Source of the DNA: Ginkgo biloba
Taxonomy: Eukaryota; Plantae; Ginkgophyta
DNA length: 26,473 nucleotides
Direction: 5' to 3'
NCBI GenBank assembly: GCA_024626585.2
Contig: JANKJI020000002.1
Coordinates: 269,897,137 to 269,923,609 of the forward strand
This document shows, piece after piece, positions 23,854-26,473 of this stretch (the first letter of the stretch is position 1; each line of letters starts with the position of its first letter). Below the pieces are notes generated by a model, which saw nothing but the letters and a program-made list of their open reading frames with translations, had not been told where the DNA came from and searched no databases. The translations under genes were made by a program, and so were the position numbers.

Positions 23854-24828
23854 CACCTTTTGAAAGGGTAAAAATTATTACTAATACCAAAATTTTATAG
23901 GGAAGCATAAACTGTCTGTAATTCCTTTGTTTCCATCCATGCTGAGAAGCCATTTGAGCAATGGAGATTAGACTTCATTGGTATTATCAATCCAAATTCA
24001 AGTAGAGGCCACAAATTTATCCTTATTATTACAAATTACTTCACCTATTGGTCTGAAGCAAATGCATAAAAAGGGAAACCGCAGGAGTGGTGGTTAAATT
24101 CCTCAAACAAGGGCTCATGCCAAGGTTCAAAGTGCCCATAGCCATGATATAAGATAATGGTCCAACTTTCACTTCTAGTGACATGATTGATTTTGATAGG
24201 AAATATGGAATGCTTTTAATGCCCTCTTCCAATTATTACCCTTAGGGGAATGGTTTGGCTGAATAAACTAATAAAAATATGGTTAAGGTTTTAAAGAGAA
24301 CCATTGGATATAATCAGAGGGATTGGCATTTGAAACTACATGTATCCCTATGGGATGATCGAATAACTCCTAAAGCCTCCACCAATTACTCTTAATTCTT
24401 GTTATTATATGGTAAGGAGTCCATCATACCTNNNNNNNNNNNNNNNNNNNNNNNNNNNNNNNNNTTGAATTGGATGAGTTCAGTGATGATGACTGACCCC
24501 CCATTAAGAATAGGTTATAAAACCTCCTCCATCTCAAGGAAAAAAGGGATGAGGTACAATAAAGATTGTCACAACACCAAGAAAGGGTAAAACAATATTT
24601 TAACAAAAGAGTGGTCATGGACAAAGTCTTCCATGTAGGTGATCAGGTTCTTATGTGGGATTAGGTAAAAGAAAAACCAGAGGTGCACAAGAAGTTTGAT
24701 TCATTGTGGCTCATCCTATGTAAAGTATTGAAAGTAATTAGACGAGCGCTTTCAAGTTGAAATCCATGGATGGTGATTTGTTGCCTATTCTAATGAATGG
24801 GCAGTATTTGAAGAAATTTTATAGTTGA
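23854..24828 (+). mobile_element. Decayed Ty3/gypsy (Tat/Athila-like) integrase core and C-terminus, ending at the pol stop
   Basis: Reads PFEQWRLDFIGIINPNSSRGHKFILIITNYFTYWSEA...DNGPTFTS...SSNYYP*GNGLAE*TNKN...DWHLKL...LWDDRITPK...LLYGKESIIP...FHVGDQVLMWD...KFDSLW...MNGQYLKKFYS* (TGA 24826-24828). The D-D-E positions are recognisable; stops and frameshifts are present. Confidence 0.93.
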
Positions 24829-25044
24829 GAAATCATTTTCTTCAATCATGTAAATAGTGTAAATAGTTTTTTTTCCATTATGTTATTTTAAGTAATTCCT
24901 AAAATAGATAAGATCCCAGCACTGTAGTGATTTTCCCCAAGAACTATACTGATTTTACATATCCCACTAGGGGAACCACAAAACAAGGAGGCATGTGTTG
25001 ATGAGGCATTTACATAATTTTTGTCAATTGGTGTAGAGAATACA

Positions 25045-25390
25045 ACATCCAGAGTGAATCCTAGACATCTTACCTATTTCAAGTTTTGTGGCCAAATTAT
25101 AGCTTTGGCTTTAATGCATAGGGTTCAAATTGATATAGTTTTAGGTCACTCATTCTTCATGTAATTGGATGGAAAATATATTTCATGGGAAGATGTTTAG
25201 AATACAAAACCATGTATATATTTAAGTTATAAGAAAGTTTTGGACATGGATGTCAAATTTATTGACCCACATGCTTTGGCACTCACCTTCACAACTGAAT
25301 TTGAAGAAATGGGCTCTAGAAAGGTTGTGGAACTTTGTACATGTGATAGGGTCTTGATTATGAGCAGTAAGAATGCAAACTTCTTATTCA
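25045..25390 (+). pseudogene. UPL5: Fragment of a UPL5-type HECT E3 ubiquitin ligase (HECT N-lobe), decayed
   Basis: One frame reads TSRVNPRHLTYFKFCGQIIALALMHRVQIDIVLGHSFFM*LDGKYISWEDV*NTKPCIYLSYKKVLDMDVKFIDPHALALTFTTEFEEMGSRKVVELCTCDRVLIMSSKN. It is collinear with recalled plant UPL5 (SKVDPLH..F.F.GRVIALALMHKVQ...FFLQLAG..ISLEDI...SCKQILEMD...LGLTF..E.EELG.R...ELCP.G....VNSKN) and has two in-frame stops. Confidence 0.87.
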
Positions 25391-26473
25391 GTGTCACAAT
25401 ACCATTCGATTCCCCAAGCTCACATGATCATTGCACATGGATCAATCACGTGCATCCTCATCCCTCATAGTGGTTTAAGAACGTGGGAAACTTTGGCAAA
25501 AGGTTGTGAGGCCCAGTGTCATGAGATTATACCATGTGTTGAAAGTCCATGACTTCTCCCCTCGTAGTAATTCAAAACCTTGGAATAAAATTGGCAAAAG
25601 ACTGTGGGTTCACATATTTATGAGATCATTCCATGTGTCAGTTTGAGTTCATGAGATCATGCCATATGGAAAAATTTTGTGATATCTCTCCCTGTGACAG
25701 TTAATAATTTTAAAGATATCTCCAGAAGTCTCGAGCCTTGATTTCACAAGATTGTGCCACATGGTGAGATGTCGCAGCATCGTCCCTCGCGATAATTTAN
25801 NNNNNNNNNNNNNNNNNNNNNNNNNNNNNNNNNNNNNNNNNNNNNNNNNNNNNNNNNNNNNNNNNNNNNNAATATCATGCCATGTGGTAAGATTTTATGG
25901 CCCCTTTCCCCACTAGAGTTGATAACTTTGAAGGAAATGTAGAAGGTGGCGAGATTAGAGTTTATGAGATGCCATCACGTGTCTTAATCCTACCTCTCAC
26001 ATAGATTCACAAGGTAATGAAAGGAAAAATAACCTCAAAAGGATGTGAGCCTAGACTTCATGAGATGTGGCCACATGTCCATGAGAGTGACTCGCAGAGT
26101 TGAAGGGAGAGGAAGAAAAAAGAAGGGTTCAAAGGCTTTGAGCTCAGGGGCTTTTAGANNNNNNNNNNNNNNNNNNNNNNNNNNNNNNNNNNNNNNNNNN
26201 NNNNNCACCTTACACATCAAAGGAAAAAAAAAAAAAAAGGGGACCTTAAAAAGGGGATAATTCCACGTGTCTCTCTAAGTTCATAAGATCATACTAGGTG
26301 GAAAGAGTTCATGATCCCTTTCCTCATGATAGTTGAAAACTTTAAAGTAATTTTTCAAAGGGCCGCAAGTTGAGAGTTTATGAGATGATGCCATGTGTCC
26401 TAATCTCATGTATTCATAGAATCACAGGTAGAAAAAGTAAAAGAGGAACCCTAAAGGGTCATAAGTTAAAAAG
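25390..26473. repeat. Degenerate tandem array, ~96-bp monomers with an interspersed 31-bp unit; runs off the window end
   Basis: The core motif (A)TGAGATCATGCCA(T/C)GTG recurs at ~25422, 25521, 25620, 25651, 25746, 25869, 25964, 26060, 26252, 26283 and 26380. Spacings are 99, 99, 31, 95, gap, 95, 96, gap, 31, 97. Confidence 0.85.

Noticed and set aside
25390-26473. CRISPR-like appearance (short conserved core with variable intervening sequence)
   Set aside because: The cores are degenerate, the 'spacers' are homologous to each other, no cas genes are present, and the context is plant nuclear DNA. It is a tandem repeat.

Overview
AT-rich, CpG-depleted plant nuclear DNA from a fragmented assembly with many N gaps. 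The host is probably a gymnosperm-type large genome, inferred from the multi-kb TE-filled introns and the Ty3/gypsy lineages present. The one clear gene is a + strand Tubby-like F-box protein (TLP/TULP7-like Tub domain) at about 5246-14296, with a CpG-retaining promoter/5' leader. As assembled the gene is incomplete: exon 2 breaks off, the 'GKFLL...YVGKLR' exon is not visible, and the last ~40 aa are missing. The rest is a patchwork of decayed Ty3/gypsy pol fragments (protease, RT, integrase), an LTR end with a tRNA-iMet PBS, a (GA)n microsatellite and small duplications. The most unusual feature is near the right end. A decayed fragment of a host UPL5-type HECT E3 ligase gene lies ~220 bp after the pol stop of a Tat/Athila-like integrase and runs directly into a ~96-bp/31-bp higher-order tandem array, which looks like gene capture in a retrotransposon 3' UTR; assembly chimerism must be excluded. 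All protein identifications are by-eye translation and motif recall, not database searches. I see no evidence of an intact novel multi-gene system.
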